A stretch of 55,383 nt of DNA, taken from IMG/VR virus record IMGVR_UViG_3300042923_000371, positions 1 to 55,383 of that record. One strand, given 5' to 3'. Both the position numbers and the translations under genes were made by a program. The stretch is from a virus (Duplodnaviria > Caudoviricetes). Below are positions 1-9,271 of this stretch, in pieces. The notes under the pieces were generated by a model, which did not search any database, had not been told where the DNA came from, and saw only the letters and a list, made by a program, of their open reading frames with translations. Position 1 is the first letter of the stretch. Every line of letters starts with the position of its first letter.

Positions 1-127
1 GATTGAATGTTGCTAAAAAAGGAAAGACAGTCGTAATGTTTACGCAAGAAATGGAAGCTTACGAAGTCTTTGAAAGAATAATAGCAAATCAATCATATGT
101 GCCAATGGACAACTTAATTGAGAAATT
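1..127 (+). repeat. Terminal overlap, copy 1 (assembly circularity)
   Basis: Identical to 55257-55383; lies inside the DnaB reading frame. Confidence 0.95.
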
Positions 128-695
128 CGAGGATATCGATGAAACCACAAAAGATATTTACTTTAGCAAAATAATAAATAAGTCTAACGAACTTTCAAAG
201 CTACCGATAAAAATGATTGACCGTACAAGACTTACAACAGCAACCATAAGAACAGAATGTCAGCAGTTTGAGAATATAGGACTAATAATTATTGATTACT
301 TACAACTTATGACACCTGTAAAAAGTGAACAAAATAGAAACTTGGAGATTGCACAAATAACAAGAGAATTAAAAATATTAGCATCTGACCTCGGCTGTCC
401 TATCCTTCTACTGTCACAGCTTAATAGAGTTAAAAATGAAACTGATATGCCATCACTGAACGATTTAAGAGATAGCGGAGCCATTGAACAAGACCTTGTT
501 AAGTCAATGATGTTATGGAAAACGGATATTGAAAATAACAAAATTGGCTTAGTTATTAATAAGAACAGGAGAGGAAGTACAGGAGCAGTTGAGTTTAAGT
601 TTGAAGGTAAGTATATGATGTACACCGAACTAGGGTTATATGACATGAAAAAAGCTAAGAAGAATAAAAAAAGTGATTGGAGTGATTTTGATTGA
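3..695 (+). CDS. dnaB: Replicative DNA helicase, C-terminal part
   Basis: IIIDYLQL, LSQLNR, DLRDSGAIEQD and KNRRG are DnaB motifs. Confidence 0.95.
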   Translation: MNVAKKGKTVVMFTQEMEAYEVFERIIANQSYVPMDNLIEKFEDIDETTKDIYFSKIINKSNELSKLPIKMIDRTRLTTATIRTECQQFENIGLIIIDYLQLMTPVKSEQNRNLEIAQITRELKILASDLGCPILLLSQLNRVKNETDMPSLNDLRDSGAIEQDLVKSMMLWKTDIENNKIGLVINKNRRGSTGAVEFKFEGKYMMYTELGLYDMKKAKKNKKSDWSDFD

Positions 696-886
696 ACGAA
701 TATCAAAAGAGGTTACACAAAGAAGTAAAAGAGCTTTCGAACGTAAGAAAGTTAAGCTATAAGCGTGCTAAAAAAACTATCAACACTATCAAGAAATATG
801 AAATTTATACACCATGTGAAGATTGCGACTATTGCTATTGCACAAAGAAGAAAAATAAACTTGCATATTGCAGAGATAGATTATAG
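692..886 (+). CDS. Hypothetical Cys-rich protein
   Basis: Overlaps the dnaB stop; CxxCxxC cluster. Confidence 0.55.
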   Translation: MNEYQKRLHKEVKELSNVRKLSYKRAKKTINTIKKYEIYTPCEDCDYCYCTKKKNKLAYCRDRL

Positions 887-898
887 GGAGGTAGAGGA

Positions 899-1192
899 AT
901 GAATGATATTGAAAGAGCAATAGAAATTTTAAAAAATGAAATAAAAACAAGCTTTAGCATTCTTGATGCATTACCTGAAAAAAGCAGAGATAGGGCAACT
1001 GATTTAACAAATAAAATAAAGGCATACGGTTTGGCAATAGAAGCACTAAAAAAGCAGAATTCAATTAAGCCATTTCAACATCAAGGGCATTGTGGCAAAT
1101 GTATATGTGAAAAAATACTAGGTAGTGTGCATATTAATTATTGTCCTGAATGTGGTCAAAAATTAGATTGGTCAGAGGTAGAAAATGAATAG
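899..1192 (+). CDS. Phage Zn-ribbon protein
   Basis: RBS GGAGG; C-terminal NYCPECGQKLDW motif common in phages. Confidence 0.75.
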   Translation: MNDIERAIEILKNEIKTSFSILDALPEKSRDRATDLTNKIKAYGLAIEALKKQNSIKPFQHQGHCGKCICEKILGSVHINYCPECGQKLDWSEVENE

Positions 1193-1529
1193 ATTAACTA
1201 AAGATGACCCTGTTTATTACAAGGTAGAAGTTAATAAATTAATCAAACAAGCTAAACAAAATGGACTAGAAGTCGGCTATGAAATCAATAGCTCTGATAA
1301 CAAAATTAAGACTGCTAAAGTATTATTTATGAATGATATCGGTGAAATAGCAGCTGCAACTGTATATGAAGAAGCTGAAAAAGCATCGAAAGACAGTTAC
1401 AAAGAATGTAGCCAAGATAAACAAAAACGTATAAATTGCAATATTGGTGAAGGTGTGAATAATTGGGATTGTTATAGTGATTGTGCGTTTTGGGACGGTG
1501 AAGAATGCACTTATAACAAAGATAAATAA
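1185..1529 (+). CDS. Hypothetical phage protein (MNRLT start)
   Basis: RBS GAGG; overlaps the previous stop. Confidence 0.65.
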   Translation: MNRLTKDDPVYYKVEVNKLIKQAKQNGLEVGYEINSSDNKIKTAKVLFMNDIGEIAAATVYEEAEKASKDSYKECSQDKQKRINCNIGEGVNNWDCYSDCAFWDGEECTYNKDK

Positions 1530-1541
1530 TGGAGGTGGAAA

Positions 1542-2040
1542 ATGAATAGGTTAACTGAAAAATTCATGGATAAAGTTGTGTTACCAAATATTCCAATGGA
1601 AATAAAAAATAAGAAAGATTTAGAAGAATATCACGAAGTAAGAAGGAATATTGAAAATAAAATAATTAAGCTTGCAGCTTATGAAGATACAGGACTAGAG
1701 CCAAAGGATGTATTAACAGCAACAGAATTAGTGAATATTGATGTTGCATTAAAAAAAGCAAATTACGCACTTGATGAATTGAAAGAATACAAAGACTTAG
1801 AAGAACAGGGCTTATTAATAAAATTGCCTTGTAAGGTTGATAGCGTAGTTTATGCAATAAAAGACGGAGAAATCAAGGTAATTAGATGTGATTATACTGA
1901 CGGATATGGTTTTGTCGAAGTAAATGGCTATACAGATGATATTGATTGGGAATTACAAAATAGATTTTTCTGACTTCGGGAAAACAGTATTTCTAACACA
2001 AGAAGAAGCTGAAAAAGCACTATCAAAGGAGGATAAATGA
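1542..2040 (+). pseudogene. Conserved phage protein (KLAAYEDTGLEP...LIKLPCKV family) with apparent frameshift near 1948-1950
   Basis: ORF stops at 1973, but the family-typical tail DFGKTVFLTQEEAEKAL is encoded in the +1 frame and ends at TGA 2040. Confidence 0.7.
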
Positions 2041-2129
2041 GTAATTTCATAGCTTTTGTACTAGGCATGACAGCAGGCATGACATTATTCGGAATTTATT
2101 TATGGATGGAGGATAAGAATAAGGGTTGA
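2037..2129 (+). CDS. 30-aa membrane peptide MSNFIAFVLGMTAGMTLFGIYLWMEDKNKG
   Basis: Below the ORF cutoff; AGGAGG RBS; ATGA overlap; one hydrophobic helix. Confidence 0.55.
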   Translation: MSNFIAFVLGMTAGMTLFGIYLWMEDKNKG

Positions 2130-2294
2130 ACATAATATATCACTATAAAAACAAAATATTAACGCAAGAAACAGCAGAAAAGGAACGCAAGCAAAGGTAT
2201 TTTTACAGATTCTTCAAGTTGTATGTAGTTAGGCGGTCAGAGGTTGAGGGAGAAAATCAACATGTTTATTTAGAGAAAATTGGAGGGTAAGGGA

Positions 2295-2852
2295 ATGGAA
2301 AGAGCTTTTATAGTATTGAAAGACAGTGAGTATAGCAAAGATTTGGACAAGTATGTTGAGTTGTCAAATGAGCAAAAGAAATTCATAAATAAATATTTTG
2401 ATGAAAAGGGCATCGAAGCAAAGGCTTATATAATTAGTGGAAATGGTTCAATAAATGAACCGTTCGAAGATTGGAAAAAAGATGATATTAGGCTACGTAT
2501 TGAAGCTACGGAAAATGACTTAATCAAGTTCGGAAAAATGTTGTGTAAGAAAGGTGATGGATTGAATAGATTTAAGGCAAAGTCTGAAATCGGCAAAGAT
2601 TTTGCACAAAGATGCGTTGATGAAAAAGTTGTTATAAACTTACATGAACCATGGTTAAGAGATTACTTTAAAAGTTTAGGTTACAGAGGATTTGGATTTC
2701 ACAGATTCACTAATAATGACAATATGTATTTGAAAATAGACAGCGATTGCGTAAGTTCAACTGATACACCTAAAGGATTTATAGAAGTAAAATTGAGTGA
2801 GTTTTATAAGGCATATGAAGAAGTTGAAAAAAATAATACGGAGGATAAATAA
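2295..2852 (+). CDS. Hypothetical phage protein
   Basis: ORF 2280..2852; probable ATG at 2295 after GGAGG. Confidence 0.7.
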   Translation: MERAFIVLKDSEYSKDLDKYVELSNEQKKFINKYFDEKGIEAKAYIISGNGSINEPFEDWKKDDIRLRIEATENDLIKFGKMLCKKGDGLNRFKAKSEIGKDFAQRCVDEKVVINLHEPWLRDYFKSLGYRGFGFHRFTNNDNMYLKIDSDCVSSTDTPKGFIEVKLSEFYKAYEEVEKNNTEDK

Positions 2853-3113
2853 TTGAACATTAAAATTGACAAGAACTATTCATTAAAAAGTGACCCAAGA
2901 AATGTAATCTTGGTTGAAAACAAAACAGTACAAGATGGAAATAACAAAGGCACAGAGTACGAAAGCACGATAGGTTATTATGGAAATATTGAACAAGCTT
3001 TAAATGGCTATCTAAACGTTAAGATTAACACAAGCGAAGCAACAAGTATCAAGGAATTGCTAGACGAGATTAAGGGTGTAAAGGAAATAATAAAAGGAAT
3101 GTTGGAGGTGTAA
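2853..3113 (+). CDS. DUF5405-like phage protein
   Basis: MNIKID..SDPRNVIL...GYYGNIEQAL pattern. Confidence 0.55.
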   Translation: MNIKIDKNYSLKSDPRNVILVENKTVQDGNNKGTEYESTIGYYGNIEQALNGYLNVKINTSEATSIKELLDEIKGVKEIIKGMLEV

Positions 3114-3115
3114 GA

Positions 3116-3529
3116 ATGAACAAATTTATAGTAACAGGAAATCTAACTAAAGATAGTGAATTGAAATTCGTACCATCAACAGGTATGGCTGTTTGCAAGT
3201 TTTCTATTGCGAACAATGAAGGTTATGGAGATAAAAAAACAGTTAATTTTTTTAACTGCACAGCGTTTAAAGCCACAGCAGAAGCTGTTGCAAATTACAC
3301 GCACAAAGGAAGTAAGGTTTTAATTGAAGGTAAAGTACAGTTAGGCTCTTATGATAAGAAAGACGGAAGCGGAAAAGCCTATACTACCGACATAATTGTA
3401 AATTCTATTGAGTTTTTAGACAGCAAAGCAGATAGACAAGCACAGCCACAAGGACAAGAAGGAAGTTTCTTTGATGATGGCGAAGATGTGTTTGAACCTG
3501 TAGAGGATGACAGTACATTACCATTTTAA
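3116..3529 (+). CDS. ssb: Single-stranded DNA-binding protein
   Basis: MNKFIVTGNLTKD...KGSKVLIEG OB fold; acidic tail ending LPF. Confidence 0.95.
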   Translation: MNKFIVTGNLTKDSELKFVPSTGMAVCKFSIANNEGYGDKKTVNFFNCTAFKATAEAVANYTHKGSKVLIEGKVQLGSYDKKDGSGKAYTTDIIVNSIEFLDSKADRQAQPQGQEGSFFDDGEDVFEPVEDDSTLPF

Positions 3530-3583
3530 AAAATATAAATAAGAGAAGTCGCTAACACAGGACTTCTCGAAGGAGGAAAAAAT

Positions 3584-3739
3584 ATGCTTAGCATGTTATT
3601 AATTTTATTAGTAGGTTTTGTATATTTACCAGTGATTGCACTTTACGCAACAGGAGATATAGAAACTATTAGATTTATAATAATTACAATATCAGTAGTT
3701 GGATTTACATTTCTTGCTTATAAATTCGATTGGGAGTGA
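3584..3739 (+). CDS. 51-aa two-helix membrane protein
   Basis: Below the ORF cutoff; AAGGAGG RBS; MLSMLLILLVGFVYLPVIALY...IIITISVVGFTFLAYKFDWE. Confidence 0.6.
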   Translation: MLSMLLILLVGFVYLPVIALYATGDIETIRFIIITISVVGFTFLAYKFDWE

Positions 3740-4224
3740 TGCGGATGAACAGTGGAAAGAAATTTGAGACCAATTTCAAAAATTCTGTACCTGACAATAT
3801 ATTCTTTTACAGATTCAGAGATGGTACAAGTAGTTGGTCTAAACAAGAGAATACTAGATTTCAAGCAAAAAACATCTGCGATTGCATGATGTATGACGGA
3901 CAGTATTTGTACTTGCTAGAGTTAAAATCACACAAGGGTGAAAGTCTCCCATTGTCGGCAATTAGAGAAAATCAAGTCAAGGACCTATTATCAGCAAGCA
4001 AACACGAAAACGTTATAGCTGGATTGATAGTAAACTTTGCGGACAAAGAACAAGTTTATTTCATGGACATTGGTTTAGCTGAAAAATGGTACAACAACGG
4101 TATTAGGAAAAGTATTCCATTGTCAGAGTTTAAAGAAAGTTGTATTGAGATACAAGCTACAAAGCTAAAGACAAATTACAGATATGACATAGATAGATTT
4201 ATAAAAGATGTTGTTAAGAAATAG
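3730..4224 (+). CDS. recU: RecU-like Holliday junction resolvase
   Basis: GKKFE..., CD, LELKS (PD-(D/E)xK), ENQ motif. Confidence 0.75.
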   Translation: MGVMRMNSGKKFETNFKNSVPDNIFFYRFRDGTSSWSKQENTRFQAKNICDCMMYDGQYLYLLELKSHKGESLPLSAIRENQVKDLLSASKHENVIAGLIVNFADKEQVYFMDIGLAEKWYNNGIRKSIPLSEFKESCIEIQATKLKTNYRYDIDRFIKDVVKK

Positions 4225-4236
4225 GGAGGTAGAGGA

Positions 4237-5226
4237 ATGAGGTTTAAAGTAGGCGATGCGGTAAAGGTTATAGAAAATAAGAATAGGTTTTATTCAAAGG
4301 AAATGAAGGAATTAATTGGTGAAATTTGCACAATATTTCGTGTTAAGAAAGATGAGTATAACTTGGTAGAAGATGATAATAAATGGTGTTGGGGCGATGA
4401 TATGCTAGAGCCAGCAGAAGAAAAACAGCCTGAACAAGTAATCAAAGACCAAGTCCAGCAGATAGCAGAAGAAAACGAAAGACAATGCAAAACCTGTAAA
4501 CATAAAAGCGAAACACTAACACAAGAGCCATGCCGAAGCTGTGATGAAGATTTGTTGGACAAGTGGGAAGAAAAAGACTGTGATAGTTGTAAATATAGTA
4601 ATGCTTGCAAATATCCGTTAGGAAAGGCTAATAAGCATTGTTTAAGTTGCTTTGACTATGATGAGTGGAAACCAATAATGAACAAAATGAAAATCATTTT
4701 AATATCAGGCAAGGCACAGCACGGAAAAGATTCAGCAGCTAACATAATAAAAAGCAAGCTTGAAAGTCTAGGTAAGAAAGTATTAATTGCACATTATGGC
4801 GACCTAGTGAAATACACTTGTAAGACATTCTTTAACTGGAATGGTGAAAAAGACGAGCAAGGCAGAACGCTACTTCAAAGAGTTGGAACGGATGATATAA
4901 GAGCAAAATATCCCAACTTTTGGGTTGAATATGTAAAAAGTATACTAGATGTGTTTAACGGAGAATGGGACTATGTTATTATTCCAGACACAAGATTTCT
5001 TAATGAAATTGAATTGATGAAGGCAAACTTTGATGATGTAACAGACGTATGCGTTATTAGAACTAACTTTATAAGTTCGCTGACAGAAGAACAAAGAAAG
5101 CACAAGTCAGAAATTGCATTGGACGAACATATATTTGACTACTACCTTGTAGCAGAGGACTTAGGAATGCTAGAAAGAAAAGTTGATAACTTCATTAAAG
5201 AATTGGAGGTTGACAAATGCCAATAA
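4237..5226 (+). CDS. Fusion: SH3/KOW-like N-terminus + Cys-rich repeats + deoxynucleoside monophosphate kinase
   Basis: SGKAQHGKD P-loop, RTLLQRVGT, PDTRFLNE and HKSE dNMP-kinase motifs in the C-terminal half. Confidence 0.8.
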   Translation: MRFKVGDAVKVIENKNRFYSKEMKELIGEICTIFRVKKDEYNLVEDDNKWCWGDDMLEPAEEKQPEQVIKDQVQQIAEENERQCKTCKHKSETLTQEPCRSCDEDLLDKWEEKDCDSCKYSNACKYPLGKANKHCLSCFDYDEWKPIMNKMKIILISGKAQHGKDSAANIIKSKLESLGKKVLIAHYGDLVKYTCKTFFNWNGEKDEQGRTLLQRVGTDDIRAKYPNFWVEYVKSILDVFNGEWDYVIIPDTRFLNEIELMKANFDDVTDVCVIRTNFISSLTEEQRKHKSEIALDEHIFDYYLVAEDLGMLERKVDNFIKELEVDKCQ

Positions 5227-5432
5227 GACTTATGCAAGTAGGACAAACATATAACATTCAAATTGACGTAGTTGACGAAGATGATGCAACCGCAAGGCTA
5301 AAAAAGAAATACATTCCAGCAGAGTTTTTAAAAGAATTTCCTTGCTTTTACTTATTTCAAACGAAAAACTACAAAACGACAATACATAAGCAAGACAGCC
5401 GAAGGAAACCGATGTTGATTATGGAGGTGTAA
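5217..5432 (+). CDS. Hypothetical protein
   Basis: RBS GGAGG; in operon. Confidence 0.6.
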   Translation: MPIRLMQVGQTYNIQIDVVDEDDATARLKKKYIPAEFLKEFPCFYLFQTKNYKTTIHKQDSRRKPMLIMEV

Positions 5433-5433
5433 A

Positions 5434-5688
5434 ATGAGTGCCAAAATTATAGAAACTTTAATGCTTGATAAAGAATACTATTTTGTAAACGACATTGTAA
5501 AAATTACAGTGTTAGATAAAGAAAAGAATAAAGAAAATATATCTTTAATAGGGAGAATTATTGAATTAAATAAAGATTACGGATTAGTAAAAAACTCTGC
5601 TATTGAATTAGATACATCGTTTGAGTTTAATCAAAATTCTGTGGTTATACCCTTGCAGAGAATAGTAAGTATTGAAAAAATAAGATAG
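5434..5688 (+). CDS. Hypothetical protein
   Basis: RBS GGAGG; in operon. Confidence 0.6.
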   Translation: MSAKIIETLMLDKEYYFVNDIVKITVLDKEKNKENISLIGRIIELNKDYGLVKNSAIELDTSFEFNQNSVVIPLQRIVSIEKIR

Positions 5689-5699
5689 GAGGTAAACTC

Positions 5700-6161
5700 T
5701 TGACAAATGAAACCATAAAACAAATGCTTTACAACTACAAGAAGCTTGACAAATGGATATTAGATTGTGAAAAGGAACTAAGTTTTATTAAAGAAAAAAT
5801 AGATGTCTTGTACAGTGTAGGAATTAGTACATTGTCTAATATGCCCCATGGAACAGGAATTTCAGACAATACATTTAATGCAGTAGACGGAGTAATCGAA
5901 CTAAAAGAAACCTATAATGAACGGTCAAAGGTTATTGCAAAGGAATTAAAGGAATACTACAAGCAAAAAGAACTTGTTGAGTGGATATATCCGCAGCTTA
6001 GACCGTTGCATCAGGAAATTATAGAAAAGCGATATTTTCAGAATATGGCATGGAAAGAAATATATGCAGAATCACAATTAGAAATGCAATCATACCTTGA
6101 TGCGAATACTAAAATGTATAAAGTTATTAATGGACTACTAAAACAAAAAGCAGAGAATTAA
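5700..6161 (+). CDS. RinA/ArpU-like late transcriptional activator
   Basis: MPHGTG linker, coiled coil, IIEKRYFQNMAWKEI sigma-4-like end; last gene of the replication arm. Confidence 0.7.
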   Translation: MTNETIKQMLYNYKKLDKWILDCEKELSFIKEKIDVLYSVGISTLSNMPHGTGISDNTFNAVDGVIELKETYNERSKVIAKELKEYYKQKELVEWIYPQLRPLHQEIIEKRYFQNMAWKEIYAESQLEMQSYLDANTKMYKVINGLLKQKAEN

Positions 6162-6409
6162 ATCTCTGCTTTTTTCTTTGATTCTGCTATATAGTTTTCA
6201 ATTTGCGAAAATGTATAACCTCTGTTAATGAGATATTTTATAATCATTTCAGTAATAAATGTTGCTGTTGGCTTATCTTCAAATTTTAATTCATCAGTAA
6301 AAAGCTTTTTAAGTCCTTTAGGCAAGTCAACCGACAAAGTATCGTAATTAATTTTTCTAAAGTTTTGCCTGTATTTCTTAGCTTGCTCTGTTTCGTCCCA
6401 TTTTCCCAT
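6158..6409 (-). CDS. Ribbon-helix-helix-like DNA-binding protein
   Basis: KINYDTLSVDLPKGLK pattern; last gene of the leftward operon. Confidence 0.55.
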   Translation of the reverse strand: MGKWDETEQAKKYRQNFRKINYDTLSVDLPKGLKKLFTDELKFEDKPTATFITEMIIKYLINRGYTFSQIENYIAESKKKAEI

Positions 6410-6424
6410 TGTGTGTCCTCCTGT

Positions 6425-6661
6425 TTATCTTGCTAATTTACAATATTTATCTATAACTCTATCTGCCATACTCCATACTAAGACATTTACTTCTTTATAA
6501 CTTTCGGCTCTTGCAACTTGTTCCCATATAGCTCTATCAATTTCGCTCATGCTTTCAAAAGCTTTATCTATATTATTTTGTCTTACTGCTGTAAGTTGAC
6601 GTTTTTGCCATCTTTTAAGTTGTTCATTTAATTTGATTTGTTCTTGTTCTGTATAAGTCAT
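6425..6661 (-). CDS. Hypothetical protein
   Basis: RBS GGAGG; start overlaps the recombinase stop. Confidence 0.7.
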   Translation of the reverse strand: MTYTEQEQIKLNEQLKRWQKRQLTAVRQNNIDKAFESMSEIDRAIWEQVARAESYKEVNVLVWSMADRVIDKYCKLAR

Positions 6662-7527
6662 TCTTTCCTCCTGTTTAGTGGGTTATTCTTAACCGCTTCT
6701 TTCAATTGCTTGTTATCAATATGTGTATATATTTGTGTAGTTGCCACGCTTTCATGCCCTAATATCTCCTGTAATGCTCGAATATCTGTGCCGGATTGAT
6801 ACATTAGGGTGGCTGCGGTATGTCTTAGCTTGTGTGGTGAGCCTTTTAAACCAGCTAAAGCTAAATACTTATCTAGCATAGATTCAATGCCTTTTGCTGT
6901 CATTCTCATTTTGCGGTTACTTATAAATAATGCCTTATCGTTTAAATCTTTCCTACACGTCATATAATCGTCTATGGCTAACAAAACACTGTCATTAAGG
7001 TAAATAGTCCTTTCCTTATTACCCTTGCCGATAACGGTCAATATATCGCCTTGAATATCGTCTGTATTAATATTCACTAATTCGGACAACCTTAAACCAC
7101 TGTTAAGAAATAATGTCACTATTGCAAAGTCTCTCTTGTTGTCAATCACACTTAAAAGCTTTTCGGCATCTTCTAGTTTATAATAAATCGGCAACCGCTT
7201 TTCAATTTTAGGCGTTTCTAATTCTAGTGTCGGATTATACTCAATAACTTTTAACGTTACTTGTAGGTATTTAAAGTAACTTTTAAGGCACGCAATACGT
7301 CTTGCCTTACTTTTATTTGAATTACCCCTCTCGTTGCTTAAAAACGATATAAAAGCGTGTAGGTCTGTAATGGTTATTTTCTTTAATTCCTTTATGCTGA
7401 TTTCTTTTTTCTTAAATCTTGATTTTAAAAAGTCAAAGAAAATATTTAGGTCCTTTTCGTATGCTGTTATTGTGTTGTCGGATTTTCCTTTTATGTCTTT
7501 CATGTAATTTAGATAATCGTCAATCAT
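6658..7527 (-). CDS. XerC/XerD-like tyrosine recombinase
   Basis: SAM domain (SDNTITAYEKDL), GLRLSEL, GKGNKER, PHKLRHTAAT, LGHESVATTQIYTH; likely ATG at 7527 after AAGGGG. Confidence 0.92.
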   Translation of the reverse strand: MIDDYLNYMKDIKGKSDNTITAYEKDLNIFFDFLKSRFKKKEISIKELKKITITDLHAFISFLSNERGNSNKSKARRIACLKSYFKYLQVTLKVIEYNPTLELETPKIEKRLPIYYKLEDAEKLLSVIDNKRDFAIVTLFLNSGLRLSELVNINTDDIQGDILTVIGKGNKERTIYLNDSVLLAIDDYMTCRKDLNDKALFISNRKMRMTAKGIESMLDKYLALAGLKGSPHKLRHTAATLMYQSGTDIRALQEILGHESVATTQIYTHIDNKQLKEAVKNNPLNRRKE

Positions 7528-7571
7528 TGTATCGCCCCTTTCAAAATCTTCGTGTAGGCATTTTAACCTTG

Positions 7572-7633
7572 TTTTAACGTAAGATAATATATCAGCCAAG
7601 CAAATGTTTGACTGATATATTACTTTTGTTGAA
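7572..7633. repeat. Inverted repeat upstream of the XerC-like gene (candidate recombinase site or hairpin)
   Basis: TAATATATCAG (7585-7595) / CTGATATATTA (7612-7622) perfect 11-bp arms with imperfect outer extension. Confidence 0.6.
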
Positions 7634-7639
7634 GAAACC

Positions 7640-7798
7640 TTAAATTCTTAAATGGTTAATCAGGTGTAAATCATCTTTCATGTTGTCTATTAATGCAACT
7701 AAATTATCTCTTAGCTTTTTTACTTTATCTGTATCACTTTTGTCGATTGCATCAATATACTTATCAACCAATTCTTTTAATAATTCTTCTTTGCTCAT
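7640..7798 (-). CDS. 52-aa hypothetical protein MSKEELLKELVDKY...
   Basis: Below the ORF cutoff; GGAGG RBS within the boundary repeat. Confidence 0.65.
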   Translation of the reverse strand: MSKEELLKELVDKYIDAIDKSDTDKVKKLRDNLVALIDNMKDDLHLINHLRI

Positions 7799-7809
7799 TT
7801 CATGTCCTC

Positions 7810-7971
7810 CTATGAGTTTAATTTTATAATTTCGGTATGATATTCTTTGTGGTTTAAATTAATATTAATACCTCTTTCCATTCGTTCGGCTGCTCTGAGC
7901 GATTCTGTTGATTCTAATTCCTGCACAACCTTACCTTGATTATCTTTTATTACAACTTTAAATTTTTCCAT
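7810..7971 (-). CDS. 53-aa hypothetical protein MEKFKVVIKD...AERMERGININLNH
   Basis: Below the ORF cutoff; GGAGG RBS; TAG stop lies within the boundary repeat. Confidence 0.65.
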   Translation of the reverse strand: MEKFKVVIKDNQGKVVQELESTESLRAAERMERGININLNHKEYHTEIIKLNS

Positions 7972-7992
7972 TGATACCGTCCTCCTATGAGT

Positions 7993-8253
7993 TTAATTTT
8001 CGGCTGATAAAGCTTGTATATTGTAATTTTCTATAAAATCCCTTATATATTGCGGATGCTTGCTCATTGGTAAATCTTTCATATCATATCTTGTATTTAC
8101 TCTTGTTAATAATGAGGCGTGTTTATAGTTGCCATATTTTATATGAATATGGTATTTTTCACACATTACGACATCCCCATTTTTGAAATTATCTGACCCT
8201 TTATTTTTTAATTCTTCTCTTGTTAAAATATACATATTGTCTTTGTTAAACAT
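7993..8253 (-). CDS. Hypothetical protein
   Basis: RBS GGAGG within the repeat. Confidence 0.7.
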   Translation of the reverse strand: MFNKDNMYILTREELKNKGSDNFKNGDVVMCEKYHIHIKYGNYKHASLLTRVNTRYDMKDLPMSKHPQYIRDFIENYNIQALSAEN

Positions 8254-8487
8254 CTATACCCTCCTATGAGTTTTTAAAATCTTCGATAAACCCCTATAAA
8301 TCAATCTTATTTTCAACTATTGCCGATACTCCTATAAATACCAATAAGAATAAATTCATTGATAAAAAAGTTCCCATAATTCCTCCTTGAATTAAAAGGC
8401 GGAATCGGTTATAATAACCTTACCCGCCTGATTGGTGGTTGGTGTAGCATCTCGATTGCTTGCAGGCTTCGTGCTACACCATTTTTA

Positions 8488-9081
8488 TTAGTCCATCATG
8501 CACCATTGATGCGTTCTGATTTTGTATTCACTCAATATTTGCATTGCGTCTTCCATTCTTGTTGATTCGTTAAAACTGTCTGTTAATGCCTTCCAAGCTT
8601 TTTTCAGTCCTCTTGATGTCTTGTTGTAAAATGCAGGTTCATTGTAGCTATCTTTTAAATCTCTTCCGAATACTTCTTTTTCGCTTTGTAATTCAATAAT
8701 ACAATTGGAATTTTTCAACTTATTATCAGTGATTTCAACTTCTTTGAATCCGAATCTGTTAATAAATGTTTGAAGCTTTTCGACTTGTTTGTCTTGATAT
8801 TCATTAAAAGCTTTTTCAGTTACGAATCTTGTTGAGCCATTGCCTTTATCAATTTCTGATATCATAAATTCAGATATCATTTTAATTTCTCTTTCTACGT
8901 CGATTTCCTTTAATGTATATGCTTGATTACTGCTATTGTAATTAGTAATTTCAAACCATCCTGGGCAATTTGCCATATCGCCACGATAATATATTTTTTG
9001 TCCTGTTTGGTATTTGCAAGATGCTTCTTTCTTGACTTCTTGTGTTCTCATATTTGGGAACTGTATTATTTTAGCTGCCAT
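8488..9081 (-). CDS. Hypothetical early protein (two-domain)
   Basis: 197-aa ORF with GGAGG RBS. Confidence 0.75.
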   Translation of the reverse strand: MAAKIIQFPNMRTQEVKKEASCKYQTGQKIYYRGDMANCPGWFEITNYNSSNQAYTLKEIDVEREIKMISEFMISEIDKGNGSTRFVTEKAFNEYQDKQVEKLQTFINRFGFKEVEITDNKLKNSNCIIELQSEKEVFGRDLKDSYNEPAFYNKTSRGLKKAWKALTDSFNESTRMEDAMQILSEYKIRTHQWCMMD

Positions 9082-9085
9082 TGTT

Positions 9086-9271
9086 TCAATCCTCCATTAA
9101 ATAATTTATTAATTCTTTAATACTTTCTGATTCTTTGACTGTATTTCCGTCTTTGTCTATTAAATAATAGTTGTAATAGTAATCTTTTCTATCTCCCAAG
9201 CATTGCTTTTTATAAACATTTAAGTTTTTAGCTTCTGCGAATGCTGTCAAGGCTTTTAATGACCATCGCAT
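9086..9271 (-). CDS. Hypothetical early protein
   Basis: RBS GGAGG. Confidence 0.65.
   Translation of the reverse strand: MRWSLKALTAFAEAKNLNVYKKQCLGDRKDYYYNYYLIDKDGNTVKESESIKELINYLMED

Larger units (their letters stand above)
7806..8273 (-). repeat. Gene-boundary direct repeats AAAATTAAACTCATAGGAGG
   Basis: 20-bp identical copies at 7806-7825 and 7981-8000; 14-bp copy at 8260-8273; variant at 9279-9297. Confidence 0.85.

Noticed and set aside
7806-8273. CRISPR array or integron attC sites
   Set aside because: Spacers are whole genes of unequal length, repeats are non-palindromic and contain an RBS, and there are no cas genes or IntI-specific features.
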